Origin: Myxococcota bacterium
GTDB taxonomy: Bacteria > Myxococcota > SpSt-1050
Assembly (NCBI GenBank): GCA_049969675.1
Contig: JBMFOP010000037.1
Span: 1-27,996 of the forward strand
Length of the DNA: 27,996 bases
Reading direction: 5' to 3'
Position 1 is the first letter of the stretch, and the number at the start of each line of letters is the position of its first letter. A model generated the notes under the pieces. The model did not search any database. It was not told the DNA's origin and saw only the letters and a program-made list of their open reading frames with translations. This document shows positions 9,216 through 17,806 of the stretch, in pieces. Position numbers and translations under genes: made by a program.

Positions 9216-10091
9216 TCAATAGCAGTAGTATTCAGAATTTAGTGTGCATAATTTTTCTATTGCATCTATAAACCTTGGGGATGGCCTGATAAATACAGGG
9301 TCAGATATATTATAAATCTTTGTGCTCTCATTAAGAAATAGCCTGAATGCACCAGAGATATCATTCTTTCTCTCTTTACCCATCATCACTGATTCAGAGA
9401 TATTTATTACCATATCGGGTTTTAGTCTTATTAATACCTCATTATCAAGGACGGGATATTTATATTCTCCATCATATATATTTCTGAGCCCTGAAAGATT
9501 CAATAATTCACCTACAAAGGAGTTCTTTCCCGCCACCATCATCGGGTTTTCATTAAGGATTATAAGGGCAGAAGATTTTCTCTTTGATATTAATCTTTGT
9601 AAATGAATATATCTTTCATATAATTCATTAAGTACCCTTCTCCCTTCATTCGCTCTGCCCATAATTCTTCCTATCTCCTCTATGCTAAATAGAATGTCCA
9701 GAATAGAGTTTACATTAACAACATAGATAGGTATCCCCCTGTTTGCAAGTAATTCCACAGAGCTCTTTATCCCTGAATTTGGTTCACAAAATACTATATC
9801 CGGCTCCAGCCTCATTATCTTCTCAACATCAATATCCAGATAACCTCCGATTATCTCTTTATCCCCTACACCCTCAGGGAAGTCGTCATAGCGAGTAAGT
9901 CCAACGACATTCTCAAAAAGCCCCAAAAAGTAGAGTGTCTCGGTAATAGATGGGGCTGTTGAGATAATGCGTAAATCACTCTTGCCTTCAAATCTCAATC
10001 CCTTCAAAGGGTATACTACATCTGAGGAGGCAATAATGGGAAATATCAGAATAACAGGTAAGAATTTAAGACCCTTACAATAGATATTCAC
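9216..10091 (-). CDS. btuF: Cobalamin-binding periplasmic protein (helical-backbone metal receptor), BtuF-like
   Basis: RIISTAPSITETLYFLG, VVGLTRYDDFP, DVEKIMRLEPDIV, FIRPSPR. Last gene of the B12-riboswitch operon. GTG start with RBS GAGGA. Confidence 0.85.
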   Translation of the reverse strand: MNIYCKGLKFLPVILIFPIIASSDVVYPLKGLRFEGKSDLRIISTAPSITETLYFLGLFENVVGLTRYDDFPEGVGDKEIIGGYLDIDVEKIMRLEPDIVFCEPNSGIKSSVELLANRGIPIYVVNVNSILDILFSIEEIGRIMGRANEGRRVLNELYERYIHLQRLISKRKSSALIILNENPMMVAGKNSFVGELLNLSGLRNIYDGEYKYPVLDNEVLIRLKPDMVINISESVMMGKERKNDISGAFRLFLNESTKIYNISDPVFIRPSPRFIDAIEKLCTLNSEYYCY

Positions 10092-10113
10092 TAAATTATC
10101 CTCAAGAAATATC

Positions 10114-10141
10114 TGGGGTCAGCACTATTTAGCTGACCCCA
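10114..10141. repeat. Perfect 10-bp intergenic inverted repeat
   Basis: TGGGGTCAGC-ACTATTTA-GCTGACCCCA between the lipoprotein gene and btuF. Confidence 0.8.
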
Positions 10142-10156
10142 AAAACATCTTCATCT

Positions 10157-11326
10157 TTACCGCTTGAAAAATATAAGACTGACTGGCGGAAGTCCAGTAT
10201 CAATCGGATTTTCCGTCTTCTGTTTAAGAGACTCAATATCAAAGATTCTGAGTCCGGGCTTCTCCTTTGTCCTATCGCACAGGAACAGATCAGAGCCATT
10301 GTATATTGCAATACCTGCCAGATTAAATCCCTGTGATTGATATACATCGCTCATCTTTGATGAGAGAGTATCGTAAACCTTAAGTAATGTGTTAAAATTT
10401 GAATCACTGATTACAGCAAATATCTTATTTCTGGAATATGCGATTTTGTTGAGGTCTCCTCCCCATTCTGACTCAGAGACAAAACTCTGTGTGATAATCC
10501 CATCGTTGATACTATAAAACTCCACCCTTCCATCTGTTGCACCGAATGACCCCGTCTCAGCAATAATAATTCTCTCATTCTCTTCATCAATCACCATCCC
10601 TGCAAATGGATTTGTAGAGCCCAGCAAGATCTCCTTTTCAATCTTATCGGTTGATGGGTCAATTACTATAAGATAACTTTTGTCAGTTGGTGAATAGTAA
10701 TTATCCTTATCCAGTCTTAAGATAGTAACATAAAGTCTATCTTTATATAGCAGGATATCTTGTGGCTCGGCATAACCATCTTTATCTGCATATTTTGAGA
10801 TGTCTATACTCCCAATCTTTGAATAATTGGATGCCCTAAAAATATCAATCTCATTTGAGAGCTGCTTTGTTATATATATCTTACCATTATACAAAGCCAC
10901 ATCCTGAGGATTTGTCCCTGCCCCTACGCTAAACTGCTTTACAATAGAAAAGTCATTATTGGGGTCGTAAATTGTGATATTATCTGCCCCCATCCTGTTG
11001 ATTACATAGATATAATCGCCAAAATATCTTGCAACCGCATCTGAATGAATCACCCCTTTATCTTTTGTAACACCTTTATCCGAGAGCTTCATTATTGAGA
11101 ATGAACCACTTGAATAATCCGGTGCAGCATTGATAATAAATGCATAATCCTCTTTATTTACCTCGGCATCTGAGCCCACAGGCACATCATTTACCTCGGT
11201 ATCTGAGCCAACGAGTACATCCATGCTGGCATCCTGCAGAATGTCAGAGGTCTTCTCATCCTCCCTATCACTGCAGGCATAAAAAAATGCCAATAAAACA
11301 ATTAACAGAAAACTAATCCTTCTCAT
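10157..11326 (-). CDS. Beta-propeller (YncE-like) lipoprotein, putative BtuG-like cobalamin capture protein
   Basis: Signal peptide with lipobox FFYAC, repeated blade motifs (YIYVINR..DNITIYD, GTNPQDVAL..KIYIT, EPQDILL..RLYVT, TGLPPVSLIF). Overlaps btuB by 14 bp. Confidence 0.75.
   Translation of the reverse strand: MRRISFLLIVLLAFFYACSDREDEKTSDILQDASMDVLVGSDTEVNDVPVGSDAEVNKEDYAFIINAAPDYSSGSFSIMKLSDKGVTKDKGVIHSDAVARYFGDYIYVINRMGADNITIYDPNNDFSIVKQFSVGAGTNPQDVALYNGKIYITKQLSNEIDIFRASNYSKIGSIDISKYADKDGYAEPQDILLYKDRLYVTILRLDKDNYYSPTDKSYLIVIDPSTDKIEKEILLGSTNPFAGMVIDEENERIIIAETGSFGATDGRVEFYSINDGIITQSFVSESEWGGDLNKIAYSRNKIFAVISDSNFNTLLKVYDTLSSKMSDVYQSQGFNLAGIAIYNGSDLFLCDRTKEKPGLRIFDIESLKQKTENPIDTGLPPVSLIFFKR
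11156..11221 (-). repeat. 33-bp tandem duplication in the lipoprotein linker
   Basis: Two imperfect 33-bp units starting at 11156 and 11189, encoding DVLVGSDTEVN / DVPVGSDAEVN. Confidence 0.85.
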
Positions 11327-13310
11327 CTTCTACCTCCTTTTTGGGTTTAAATGTCTTACTAATTCCAGCAAAGAAGATTCTCCCGGGCAGCGGATAGCCG
11401 GCTATATCCTCTGTCCTGTTGTTGAGAATATTCTTTGCATAAAATCCAAATACCAAATCGTATCTTCTCTCATAATAATTAAGACTTATACTATGGATAC
11501 TCCTTAAAGGAGTTCCATTATATGGAAGCAGATTGGCTGCATCAAAGAAATTCTGTGAGGTATATGAGTATTCGTACAACAGTTTTGTATTAAAGAAAAC
11601 AAATCCCATCTTAAGATAGAGAGAATCTGTATATCTGAAAGGTAGAATCTTATCCTTAAATGAAGGGATCTCAGATTTGTTTATCGGTTCCTGATGTGTA
11701 TATGAGAGCGATGATAATATATTTTTGTTCAAAAATGGCTTGATAGTCAGTTCGCTTCCGTATATCTCAGCCTTTGCTATATTATCAGCCCTGATTGTTC
11801 TCTGTGAATTCTGCCAGAATTGAATGAGATTATTATAATTGCTCTTATAAACTGAGTATGAGAGAAATAGTTCCGAGATACAGAATTCAACCCCTGCATC
11901 AAAGAGCCTCCCCTCTTCGGGTAGAAGCATTGGATTTGGTGAGATATAAAGCCCGTCTCCAAATAGTTCATACATATCCGGATATCTCTTGACCATAGAG
12001 TAGTTTGACTTAAATATCAGATCATCTGATATCTTCAAAACACCGCCAATTCTCATATTATAAATCTCATCTGTATTATCTATCCTCTCATCCTTCTTCA
12101 TAAGATATGCAGAGGAGTATCTCACCTCATCATCTATAAATCTCAAACCAGCCGATGGAATTAGATATAATCTATCTTTTAATAACTCAATATTACCCTC
12201 CATCTCAACTGAGGATTCCCCCCTCTCCCCATTAAATTTATTATTGGGGTGAATAAGACTGACCTTATCCGCAGATTCATCTAAATAAGCCAATCTAATA
12301 TTAAGAAGATTTCTTGAAAATCTAAGAGTTGATGTAATAAAGAAAGTATGTCTTATACCAGCTGTATCCGTCTTATCTGGCGTCAGCATATTGAGCTCGC
12401 CATAACTATCATCAAACTCTGTTCTATAATATAGATTTGAATATCCTAAACTGACTTCTTTAAATACTCCGTATCCAGCGAGTCTTACATCAAGAGAAAA
12501 GACATTCATTAAATTATTAAATGAGGTATTCTCTGTCTGAATATTCTCTATTCCAGGCACCCCACCTTCTGAAAAGAATGGTGTCAGCAAAATATTGGCT
12601 CTCAATTTATCACTCAATCTTGAAGAGAGTGTGAATAGAAGTGCATATTCAATCCTCTGATTATTCTCTCTCTTGACCAATCTATCATCTTCCTTGTTTT
12701 CAAATGTCCCATTTCTATTTATATACTCAAAATCTCCATCGGTTCTCCTCCCAAAAAAGGATATAAGATAACCGGAATCATCTCTGAGATCTGTAGTATA
12801 AATCGCTGTCTCCACCGTGTTGAATGAACCGTATGATAGTTTTATTCCAGAGGAATCCTCCATCTGTCTTTTTAAAATAATATTTACCGAACCACCGAGA
12901 TTGGAGAGTCCGAGCCTGAGCGGTGAAAACCCCTTATATATCTCAACCCTACTTACAATATCATCAGGTATCAAACCGAGGTTGAAGGTGCTCATAAGAG
13001 AGGAGTTGAGTCTCACCCCATTTAAGTAAATATCCACGCTATTTGAAGAGGCGCCCCTTATCATCACAGTGGAAAATGAATCCATACCACCTGATTTGTT
13101 TACCTGAACACCTGAAGCCGAACTTACCTCTGATGAGATATCAACTGACTTTGCAGGGTCATCATCAACATCTATAATCTCAATAAATGATGATGGATTT
13201 TCAGCAGTCACTCTATATGACTTTACTTCGGTCTGAAATTCAGCCTCATAATTCTCGGCAAGAGCAAGTTTTGAAAGAAATAATATTATAGAAAAGAAAA
13301 ATCTCACCAT
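11313..13310 (-). CDS. btuB: TonB-dependent receptor, BtuB-like cobalamin transporter
   Basis: Signal peptide, plug motifs VMIRGASSNSVDIYLNGVRLN and RVEIYKG...LGGSVNI, NPMLLPEEG, C-terminal KNILN...GYPLPGR. Directly downstream of a cobalamin riboswitch. The start may be GTG at 13307. Confidence 0.88.
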   Translation of the reverse strand: MVRFFFSIILFLSKLALAENYEAEFQTEVKSYRVTAENPSSFIEIIDVDDDPAKSVDISSEVSSASGVQVNKSGGMDSFSTVMIRGASSNSVDIYLNGVRLNSSLMSTFNLGLIPDDIVSRVEIYKGFSPLRLGLSNLGGSVNIILKRQMEDSSGIKLSYGSFNTVETAIYTTDLRDDSGYLISFFGRRTDGDFEYINRNGTFENKEDDRLVKRENNQRIEYALLFTLSSRLSDKLRANILLTPFFSEGGVPGIENIQTENTSFNNLMNVFSLDVRLAGYGVFKEVSLGYSNLYYRTEFDDSYGELNMLTPDKTDTAGIRHTFFITSTLRFSRNLLNIRLAYLDESADKVSLIHPNNKFNGERGESSVEMEGNIELLKDRLYLIPSAGLRFIDDEVRYSSAYLMKKDERIDNTDEIYNMRIGGVLKISDDLIFKSNYSMVKRYPDMYELFGDGLYISPNPMLLPEEGRLFDAGVEFCISELFLSYSVYKSNYNNLIQFWQNSQRTIRADNIAKAEIYGSELTIKPFLNKNILSSLSYTHQEPINKSEIPSFKDKILPFRYTDSLYLKMGFVFFNTKLLYEYSYTSQNFFDAANLLPYNGTPLRSIHSISLNYYERRYDLVFGFYAKNILNNRTEDIAGYPLPGRIFFAGISKTFKPKKEVEDEKD

Positions 13311-13341
13311 CTCCCTCGCTCGAAGAGAATCAGGGTTTATT

Positions 13342-13488
13342 ATCTCTGTCGGTCTCCTGACTTAAGGGGTAGTAAGATTACTTCCTGCCTTCCCATCTCT
13401 TAGACAGTGACAGGAAATGAACAGCTCGCCCCTATCACAGTGGCGGCGGGACCGTGTCTGATTTCCACAGACTTCCCATTACAGAGAT
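13342..13488 (-). ncRNA. Cobalamin (B12) riboswitch
   Basis: Minus strand: AATGGGAA-GTCTG-TGGAAAT-CAGAC-ACGGTCCCGCCGCCACTGTGA...CACTG...GGGAAGG...AAGTCAGGAGACC (B12 box), closed by a perfect 8-bp ATCTCTGT/ACAGAGAT stem. Upstream of the TBDR gene. Confidence 0.93.
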
Positions 13489-13494
13489 TCTCGC

Positions 13495-13523
13495 TATAAA
13501 TCACCAGACAGAGGAATTGTCAA
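13495..13523 (-). promoter_or_regulatory. Putative sigma70 promoter for the riboswitch-btu operon
   Basis: Consensus TTGACA (13523-13518), 17 bp, then a weak -10-like TTTATA just upstream of the riboswitch. Confidence 0.45.
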
Positions 13524-13570
13524 GGAAATTTTAAGGCCTGCTCTGCCTTTATCAATCCAGATACTTTAAA

Positions 13571-13801
13571 CTATGGCAGATACTCCTGTACTACATTCTG
13601 AAGCACAAATCCCGCAGACTGGCCGGAGTTGGTAGGCCAGATGTTCAAATAGACCGTACTGTTTGTCGGGGTCACGCAACCCTGGCTGCCATCGGTGGAA
13701 TAGTATATATTTACGCCCGTCCTGCGAGTTTTCAGGCAGGCGGCAGGCAATGTAGAGCGAAAATAGATCGGGCAAACACTCCACTGACGAGGATGAACAG
13801 C
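13571..13801 (-). pseudogene. Start-less 3' fragment of a foreign, GC3-rich gene (secreted-protein-like)
   Basis: Stop-free frame not in the ORF track: AVHPRQWSVCPIYFRSTLPAACLKTRRTGVNIYYSTDGSQGCVTPTNSTVYLNIWPTNSGQSAGFVLQNVVQEYLP*. Many codons end in G/C, unlike the host genes. Confidence 0.5.
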
Positions 13802-14012
13802 TTAACATTAATATCAATACAAAAAAAATTCATTACAACTGATAATATATAATTCCTATGCCACTTCCAGCATCCTCCAAAAGAATCATATAGCTCTCTT
13901 AGATAAATTTCATTATTAATAAACAACATCCTGTTTGCTCCATCCTGCTCAGCGAATTTATAATATCATTTTACCACATACTATGTCAAAGTACTTAATA
14001 TATATCCAACAC

Positions 14013-14290
14013 CACTACTGTCCATAACAAACTGCCCTGAAGAATTAATTGCTATCCAGAATAATCTGTTTTGAAAAATTAACTATTTTAAAATAAGGAT
14101 TCTGGATGGGTAAATTCACATCTTAAAGACCAGGTTATCCTCCCTTCTTTTATTATCAATTAAAATGCCCTGCAACTTAAAAACCCTTCAATGTTAGTTG
14201 CTCTACATCTGGCACGATATTCCAGTCTGCCGTTGCACAGGCAGGTTAGGGTTTTATTATTCAGAATAAAAGAGGCCGATATACAAAAAA
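14013..14290 (-). mobile_element. Decayed IS4-family right end (copy C) plus a second adjacent IR
   Basis: The minus strand encodes IVPDVEQLTLKGF*, followed by the same ~135-bp 3' end as copies B and D. A second IS4-like terminus TGGACAGTAGTG lies at 14013-14024. Confidence 0.7.
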
Positions 14291-14667
14291 TATGGAAGAA
14301 TTTTACTATATAAAGGATAGATGCTCAACGAATATTTTCCCCAACTTTATAACAAAAGTTATCGTCTGCGAATAGAGAGCAACCTTTTGAGTAAATATAG
14401 TATTCTGGATGCGCTAATAAATATAAGTTGGAAGTTTTTAATTCACTTAATAGTCCAGCACAAACAAGGGAGATTGATAGAAAAAATTCACCATCATATC
14501 ATCATATTACTTAAAAATTGAGAAGTTAGATTCTTTAATCGCAACTTCTACGCAAAATGTGCAGAAGACTTTTCAGGACTTTTGCTTTCGGCAATGCCGA
14601 ATTAGGGGTTATTGTGGATAGAAGTGGTGGAAACTTTATAAAACTCTATTTTCTTCATAAATTTATA

Positions 14668-14696
14668 TTGCAATTTCAATATATTTTTCCTATAAA
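14668..14696 (+). promoter_or_regulatory. Putative sigma70 promoter for porB-dedA-folP
   Basis: TTGCAA (14668-14673) - 17 bp - TATAAA (14691-14696), then RBS AAGGAG before ATG 14729. Confidence 0.6.
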
Positions 14697-14728
14697 AAAA
14701 GTGCAATTTCTGGAAAGGAGATTATATA

Positions 14729-15631
14729 ATGAAATATCCAGAGACAGAACTTATCAGTCAGGGTCATCTTGCCTGTCAGGGGTGCGGCGGCGCACTCGCT
14801 ATGAGATTGACATTAAAGGTAATGGGAGAGAAGACAATAATAGTTGTACCTGCCTGTTGCTGGTCGGTTATAAATGGACCATTCCCCTATTCAGCGGTCA
14901 AGATCCCTTTTATGCATACTGCATTTGAGACAGCTGCAAGCGCTGCTACTGGAGTGAGGGCATCTCTGGATATGCAGGGGAAGACCGATATAAATGTACT
15001 TGCCTGGGCTGGCGATGGTGGGACATTTGATATAGGCTTTCAGGCGCTATCAGGTGCAGCAGAGAGAAATGAAAATATCATCTATGTTTGCTATGATAAC
15101 GAGGCATATATGAATACAGGGATACAGAGGAGTTCAGCCACTCCCCAGCTTGCATGGACCACCACAACCCCTTCACAGACACCAAAGGCTGAGAGAAAGA
15201 AGAATATGATTGAGATCATGGCTGCACACAGAATCCCCTATACAGCGACCGCCAATGTCGCATATCCTGATGACCTTATGCGAAAGATTAAGACTGCAAT
15301 GGGAATAAAGGGGATGAGATTTATCCATATACTCTCTCCCTGCCCTCCTGGATGGAAGATCTCTTCAGATTTCAGCATAAAGATTGCAAGGCTTGCTACC
15401 GAATCCAGATACTTCCCTCTCTATGAGATTTATGATGGGGAAGAATATGTAATCAACTATGAACCAAAAGGGATTCCAGTCAAGGAGTATTTGAAACCAC
15501 AGGCGAGATTCTCCCACCTAACAGATGAAGAATATAAACTCTATCAGGAATCTGTTGACCGTGAATGGGAACGTCTCAAATTAAAAGTCACTATGAATCA
15601 ACTCCTTAAAAAGAGGAGCGCCTCATCCTGA
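14729..15631 (+). CDS. porB: 2-oxoacid:ferredoxin oxidoreductase beta subunit (PorB/VorB type, TPP-binding)
   Basis: GHLACQGCG, PACCW, TPP motif GDGGTFDIGFQALSG...DNEAYMNTGIQRS, SPCPPGW. Confidence 0.9.
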   Translation: MKYPETELISQGHLACQGCGGALAMRLTLKVMGEKTIIVVPACCWSVINGPFPYSAVKIPFMHTAFETAASAATGVRASLDMQGKTDINVLAWAGDGGTFDIGFQALSGAAERNENIIYVCYDNEAYMNTGIQRSSATPQLAWTTTTPSQTPKAERKKNMIEIMAAHRIPYTATANVAYPDDLMRKIKTAMGIKGMRFIHILSPCPPGWKISSDFSIKIARLATESRYFPLYEIYDGEEYVINYEPKGIPVKEYLKPQARFSHLTDEEYKLYQESVDREWERLKLKVTMNQLLKKRSASS

Positions 15632-15638
15632 CCAACGG

Positions 15639-16292
15639 ATGGAATCCTTTGTTATAAATTTTATTGAAAATTATCTCATAATAGGAGTCTTTCTGCTCCT
15701 GTTTATATGTGGGCTGGGGGTCCCTATACCTGAAGACATTATTCTAATAAGCGGTGGATATATAGCCTATTTGTATCCTGCAAGCGTCAATCTGTATCTG
15801 CTTATTCTGGTTAGTTATTTAGGAGTGATGCTCGGGGACTCCACCATCTTTGTATTAGGTAAATATCTGGGGCCAAAGGTGATAATTTTACCGGGTTTTA
15901 AGAAGGTGTTTACTGCAAAACGGATATCTACCCTTACTCACTACTTTATCAGTCACGGGGCAAAGATAATATTTGCAGCGCGATTTATGCCCGGGATAAG
16001 ATCCACAATATTTCTCGTGGCTGGGATGACAGGTACCTCCTATTTCAAATTCTTTCTCTTTGATGGACTTGCGGCTATCATATCTGTCCCTGCACTTATA
16101 TATCTCTCCTATCATTTTGGAGAGGAGATTGACCAGCTCAAGATTTACATTATCAGAATGAAAGAGGCAGCCGCAATACTTATTCTGGTTATTATAGTTC
16201 TCTGGATTATATTGAGAAGATGGACCAGGAAGAAAGAGGATTACTATATAGACAAAGAAGAGGAGGGGGTGGTTGAAGATGAGAGAGGATAA
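15639..16292 (+). CDS. DedA-family membrane protein
   Basis: GLGVPIPEDIILISGG, GVMLGDS, ARFMPGIRS, FFLFDGLAA, with hydrophobic helices. Confidence 0.92.
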   Translation: MESFVINFIENYLIIGVFLLLFICGLGVPIPEDIILISGGYIAYLYPASVNLYLLILVSYLGVMLGDSTIFVLGKYLGPKVIILPGFKKVFTAKRISTLTHYFISHGAKIIFAARFMPGIRSTIFLVAGMTGTSYFKFFLFDGLAAIISVPALIYLSYHFGEEIDQLKIYIIRMKEAAAILILVIIVLWIILRRWTRKKEDYYIDKEEEGVVEDERG

Positions 16293-17481
16293 AAAGACAT
16301 TCCTTATAAGGGCCTTTTCAATTAAAGAGATTGAAAATAAATTTGCTGAAATAGGTGTCCACCCCTCTGGGATCAAGATTATGAAAGATAAATTCTCTTT
16401 TCTTATCTTCTATATCACCAACCTATCTCCAGTAGAGTGTAATATATTAAAACAGGAGGCACTCGCCTGCGGGGCAGAGGCAGCGGTCCCGAGGTCAGCG
16501 GTTGATTGCAAACTCAAGAGTGGAGATGCATTTATATCTGGCACAAGGAAGGAGCTGAGACATCTCGCAATAAAATTAAAACAGGAACCATTCTTCTTAA
16601 AGGAGATAGGAAATTTCATTGAGAAATCACTCTCAGAGGAACATAGACCGGTATTCAGGATATCAAGGGAAAAAATTATATCTTTTGATGAACGACCACT
16701 CATTATGGGAATCTTAAATATAACACCTGATTCTTTTTCGGATGGAGGGAGATTCTTCAACACAAAAGATGCGATAGAGCATGGATTGAGATTGGCTGAA
16801 GAAGGCGCAGATATCATAGACATTGGTGGTGAATCTACCAGACCGGGTGCAGAAGAGATTGAAGCATCAGAGGAGATAAATAGAGTGATACCTGTTATCA
16901 AAGCGCTTACAGAGAGAATAAGACAGCCTATCTCTATTGATACTACAAAGTCAGAGGTAGCAATAGCAGCACTTGAGCATGGGGCACAGATAATAAATGA
17001 TATATCAGGCCTCAGATTTGATAAGAAGATGGCAAAAGTTGCGGCAAAATATAAGTGTGGTCTAATAGTAATGCACACCAGAGATAGGCCAAAAGTGATG
17101 CAGAAGGGTGAGATTAAATATAAGAATCTGATTGCAGATATCACTTCATACCTCTCTGAATCCATCAAGATTGCAACTGATGCAGGAGTAGATTTTGAAA
17201 ATATCGTAATTGACCCTGGAATAGGATTTGGCAAAACTGCAGAGCATAATATTGAGATAATAAAAAATATCCTCGCCTTTAGAAGCCTTAATAGACCGGT
17301 CCTTATAGGGGTTTCAAGAAAATCTATTATAGGGTATATAACCGGTAGAGATGTCTCTGATAGAGAGTTTGGCTCTACCTCACTACATACCTATCTCGCT
17401 CTCAATGGGGTAGATATATTAAGAGTCCACAATGTAAAAGCAGCAATTGATGCAATTAAAGTCGCGAGGGCACTTATCTAA
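16273..17481 (+). CDS. folP: Dihydropteroate synthase with N-terminal extension
   Basis: MGILNITPDSFSDGG, DIGGESTRPGA, SIDT, INDISG, DPGIGFGK, GVSRKS, ILRVHNV. Start is TTG 16273 or ATG 16279. Confidence 0.95.
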   Translation: MKMREDKKTFLIRAFSIKEIENKFAEIGVHPSGIKIMKDKFSFLIFYITNLSPVECNILKQEALACGAEAAVPRSAVDCKLKSGDAFISGTRKELRHLAIKLKQEPFFLKEIGNFIEKSLSEEHRPVFRISREKIISFDERPLIMGILNITPDSFSDGGRFFNTKDAIEHGLRLAEEGADIIDIGGESTRPGAEEIEASEEINRVIPVIKALTERIRQPISIDTTKSEVAIAALEHGAQIINDISGLRFDKKMAKVAAKYKCGLIVMHTRDRPKVMQKGEIKYKNLIADITSYLSESIKIATDAGVDFENIVIDPGIGFGKTAEHNIEIIKNILAFRSLNRPVLIGVSRKSIIGYITGRDVSDREFGSTSLHTYLALNGVDILRVHNVKAAIDAIKVARALI

Positions 17482-17734
17482 TAAGTTGCCTTTACTTTAC
17501 TTTCTATTGCCAGCTATATAAAAATTGTGAAATCTATTCAGCACATTCTGGATATTTATAACTATGAAGCCACCAATCACCTCTTTGGGCAACTTTTGGG
17601 AGGAGAACTGGTTAAAACTCAATTTTAGTGAATGGAACAGGAGCATCCAGAAGTGCTCTCATTATCACTTGTGCTCTAAGCAATAAATTAAGGCTCTCCT
17701 TTTATGGCTATACTCAAAAATTTTGTATCAGAGA

Positions 17735-17771
17735 AAAGAGTTTAGGCTGGTAGATAAACCCTCAACTCTTT
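17735..17771. terminator. Possible terminator-like hairpin downstream of folP
   Basis: AAAGAGTTTAGG-N13-CCTCAACTCTTT, 11/12-bp arms. AT-rich with a large loop, so weak. Confidence 0.3.
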
Positions 17772-17806
17772 ATAAATCTTAAAACATTTCTCTTTGATAT
17801 AATATT

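Noticed and set aside
13734..13749. AGGCAGGCGGCAGGCA resembling the CCTGCCTG mini-element
   Set aside because: Not palindromic, and explained as LPAACL codons of the foreign gene fragment.
13566..13929. Listed ORFs of 83 aa and 65 aa
   Set aside because: No RBS or recognisable motifs. The third minus frame shows the codon bias expected of the real coding remnant.
14321..14928. ORFs 14321-14521 and 14557-14928, and the TTCGGCA-A-TGCCGAA palindrome near 14587-14601
   Set aside because: The ORFs look non-coding or overlap porB out of frame. The palindrome might be an IS end or att remnant, but support is too thin.
16410..17234. Long antisense ORFs (274 aa opposite folP; also 557-769, 15888-16376, 21061-21687, 24393-24677, 25497-25793 and similar)
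   Set aside because: Shadow frames of well-supported genes on the other strand, Ser/Ile/Phe-rich and without motifs.
17482..17730. Short coding-like frames downstream of folP
   Set aside because: Under 50 codons, with no start/RBS and no recognisable family.
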